From the IMG/VR virus record IMGVR_UViG_3300033892_000027, positions 1-7,836 of that record: a stretch of 7,836 nucleotides of DNA; one strand, given 5' to 3'. This document shows, one piece after another, positions 6,143 to 7,836 of the stretch. The notes under the pieces are model-generated. The model saw only the letters and a list, made by a program, of their open reading frames with translations, made no database searches and was not told where the DNA came from. Each line of letters begins with the position of its first letter. Positions within the stretch are counted from its first letter, which is position 1. The position numbers were made by a program, and so were the translations under genes.

Positions 6143-6262
6143 ATGAGTTGACAAGATTTTAAACTAAAACACTACAATAATTAAGAGAATTATTAATCAT
6201 CTAATATACTATCTTCTATTTTTAAAAAAACTATTAAATTGTCAGATCATGAAATTTAAAAT

Positions 6263-6574
6263 ATGAATGATCTTGTCAAATATGAATGTAGAAAATATGT
6301 AGTTCAAATTTTTAAATGGTTAAAAAATCGTTACTCTGATAATGTTTATGATTATTTAGTTTTAGAAGATGAAAACTTAGTAACTATAAAAATTATAATG
6401 AATGTAACAATAAAATTTTATGAAAAAAGAGGTCTAGGAATTGTAAATTATATAATTAAAACTTTCAGACGACCAGAATTAATAAAAGTAAATTGGAGAT
6501 ATAATAGAAATATGTTTAATATTACTGTAATTTGTGGTAAAGTCGATAAAACTGAACAAGGTGAAATTCTTTAA
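6263..6574 (+). CDS. Hypothetical 103-aa alpha/beta protein
   Basis: ORF with TATTAAATT-GTC promoter, GTC 22 nt before the ATG (leaderless spacing). No family recognised. Confidence 0.75.
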   Translation: MNDLVKYECRKYVVQIFKWLKNRYSDNVYDYLVLEDENLVTIKIIMNVTIKFYEKRGLGIVNYIIKTFRRPELIKVNWRYNRNMFNITVICGKVDKTEQGEIL

Positions 6575-6630
6575 TTCAGAATTAAAGATAAAGTAAAGTT
6601 TTTTAAATGTCTAATAACAAATATTCATAT

Positions 6631-6765
6631 ATGAGAATTGAAGAAAAAAATGGAGAAAAGTTTTTAGTAATTGAAAGTAAAGAAGATTTAGAAGAATTCA
6701 GAAAAATGTTAATTGAGGCTTATTATGAACTTCATCAAGAACATAAGCCTAAGTCTTCAAAATGA
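6631..6765 (+). CDS. Unannotated 44-aa protein (MRIEEKNGEKFLVIESKEDLEEFRKMLIEAYYELHQEHKPKSSK)
   Basis: Own promoter TTTTAAAT-GTC with GTC 22 nt before the ATG. Beta-hairpin plus helix pattern; codon usage resembles neighbouring genes. Confidence 0.7.
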   Translation: MRIEEKNGEKFLVIESKEDLEEFRKMLIEAYYELHQEHKPKSSK

Positions 6766-6785
6766 CTTGAAATAGAAACTTATAA

Positions 6786-7099
6786 ATTTGTCAGAAAACG
6801 AAAAATAAAAACGAAAAAAAATGGAAAGAGAATTTCGTGAAATAATAGTTTTCTTAATTTTTTTAGCTTTAATGTCTTTAGCTTTAATAGTCATGTCATT
6901 AGGAATTCTTGTAAAAAATATGCCAATAGTTATAATATCAACATTTTTTGCATCTGGAATTTTTGCAATTATATATGTAGTAATTTATGATATCTTTGCA
7001 GATATTTATGATGAAATTGATGAACTTAAACAAGAAATTGAAAGATTAAAAAGAAAGAAATAATCAGAAATATATTTGTCAGAAAATGAAAAATAAAAA
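6786..7099 (+). repeat. 26-bp direct repeat ATTTGTCAGAAAAYGAAAAATAAAAA (6786-6811 and 7074-7099) flanking the 80-aa membrane gene
   Basis: 25/26 identity read directly from the sequence. Confidence 0.75.
6821..7063 (+). CDS. 80-aa membrane protein: two transmembrane helices and a charged C-terminal coiled coil
   Basis: IIVFLIFLALMSLALIVMSLGILV and MPIVIISTFFASGIFAIIYVVIY, then DEIDELKQEIERLKRKK; TTATAAATTT-GTC promoter. Confidence 0.8.
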   Translation: MEREFREIIVFLIFLALMSLALIVMSLGILVKNMPIVIISTFFASGIFAIIYVVIYDIFADIYDEIDELKQEIERLKRKK

Positions 7100-7118
7100 A
7101 AGATATATTAATTTATTT

Positions 7119-7265
7119 TTAACTATCATATGTTGTAGTATTTGGTCTCAAGAATTCCATTAGCGCTTGCCTAATTACTTCAGATCTGTTTAATTTATGA
7201 TTCATAGCATATTTATCAAGTTTTTGCAAAAGATCTTCTTCAACTTTAAACGTTATTACTCTCAT
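7119..7265 (-). CDS. 48-aa CopG-like ribbon-helix-helix protein ([48 protein letters not shown])
   Basis: Textbook RHH pattern (ITFKV strand, LLQKLDKYA helix, [10 protein letters not shown] helix). ATGA overlap with the svtR stop and a GGGGAG Shine-Dalgarno. Missed by the ORF track. Confidence 0.85.
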   Translation of the reverse strand: MRVITFKVEEDLLQKLDKYAMNHKLNRSEVIRQALMEFLRPNTTTYDS

Positions 7266-7420
7266 TTAACTCCCCTTTTCTGTAAATATTCTTCTAAAGC
7301 TTCTTCAATTGCCTCTGTTAAAGTTTTATTATTATTTGCACAATATACTTTCAGTTTTCTCTTTAATTCTTTATCTATATTTATACCGAAAACTGTTCTT
7401 TCCTTTTTAACTTTCTCCAT
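7262..7420 (-). CDS. svtR: SvtR-like RHH transcriptional repressor, 52 aa ([52 protein letters not shown])
   Basis: Matches remembered SIRV1 SvtR motifs VFGI-x-x-DK, LKVYCA-x-NN and AIEEA-x-x-EYLQKR. GAGG ribosome-binding site and TATA+GTC promoter at ~7452-7470. Missed by the ORF track. Confidence 0.88.
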   Translation of the reverse strand: MEKVKKERTVFGINIDKELKRKLKVYCANNNKTLTEAIEEALEEYLQKRGVK

Positions 7421-7521
7421 TGTTTATCCTCATTTTATAAACATACATTATGACATATTTATATATTTCGATTTTTTGCATAAACTTTATTACTAAGTAA
7501 TTTGCATATAATAAAATTGAA

Positions 7522-7809
7522 ATGTCAACAATACAATATGCAGTAGAAGGATTTCTAGTACTGATGGGTGTGCTAATAGGCTCATATGTAGTTGGAGAAA
7601 TTGTACATCTCTACAATCAAAAGCAAGCAAATGAATCGTTCCAAATAGCAGTAGATCAAATGACAAAAAGTACAATTAGTGCAATAGAAAGTATTAAAGA
7701 TACCACTACTCTTGGCGTTAATGCATTATTGAATATGGATACTCTTTCAGATGTAAATGCATTAGCACAGAAAAAGCAAAGTTCTCAGCAACAGTCACAA
7801 AGTAAATAA
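7522..7809 (+). CDS. pvap: PVAP, virus-associated pyramid egress protein (SIRV2 P98 / STIV C92 family)
   Basis: N-terminal transmembrane helix followed by GEIVHLYN-x-KQ, DQM-x-KST and AIESIKDTT-x-x-G-x-NALLNMDTL-x-DVN, the conserved PVAP motifs. T-run at ~7814-7819 after the stop. Confidence 0.95.
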   Translation: MSTIQYAVEGFLVLMGVLIGSYVVGEIVHLYNQKQANESFQIAVDQMTKSTISAIESIKDTTTLGVNALLNMDTLSDVNALAQKKQSSQQQSQSK

Positions 7810-7836
7810 TCTATTTTTTAGATTTAGTCATATAAG

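Noticed and set aside
6060-6200. Inverted repeat considered as a replication origin or structured ncRNA
   Set aside because: Rudivirus replication is tied mainly to the terminal hairpins, the arms are nearly all A/T, and the same motif recurs at another promoter, so an operator is the simpler reading. Not fully excluded.
7197-7496. 99-aa plus-strand ORF
   Set aside because: Shadow of the two real RHH genes on the minus strand; F/S-rich composition.
7493-7675. 60-aa minus-strand ORF
   Set aside because: Antisense to pvap.
7522-7809. PVAP as a novel system
   Set aside because: Pyramid egress is already well described for SIRV2 and STIV; only its genomic context is flagged here.

Overview
This very AT-rich, densely coding window comes from the genome of an archaeal rod-shaped virus (Rudiviridae, SIRV-like; host most likely Sulfolobales). 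The assignment rests on four genes recognised from memory of the SIRV proteins: the 134-aa major capsid protein (5610-6014, -), the adjacent 335-aa GT-B glycosyltransferase (4296-5303, -), the pyramid-forming egress protein PVAP (7522-7809, +) and an SvtR-like ribbon-helix-helix (RHH) repressor (7262-7420, -, missed by the ORF track). Also present are a ~466-aa minor virion protein (ORF486/488-like), the N-terminus of the GNAT/Mom-like ORF154 homologue at the left edge, three zinc-finger genes, a second RHH gene coupled to svtR, two membrane/coiled-coil proteins and several unannotated small ORFs. The most notable observations are: (i) an apparent split capsid-protein fold inside the 466-aa protein; (ii) svtR-RHH2 head-to-head with pvap, plus a 20-bp operator-like sequence shared by two virion-gene promoter regions; (iii) small accessory genes with an identical 20-bp BRE/TATA block, which are anti-defence candidates; (iv) a palindromic bidirectional GTC promoter. 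All homologies were judged by eye and no searches were run.
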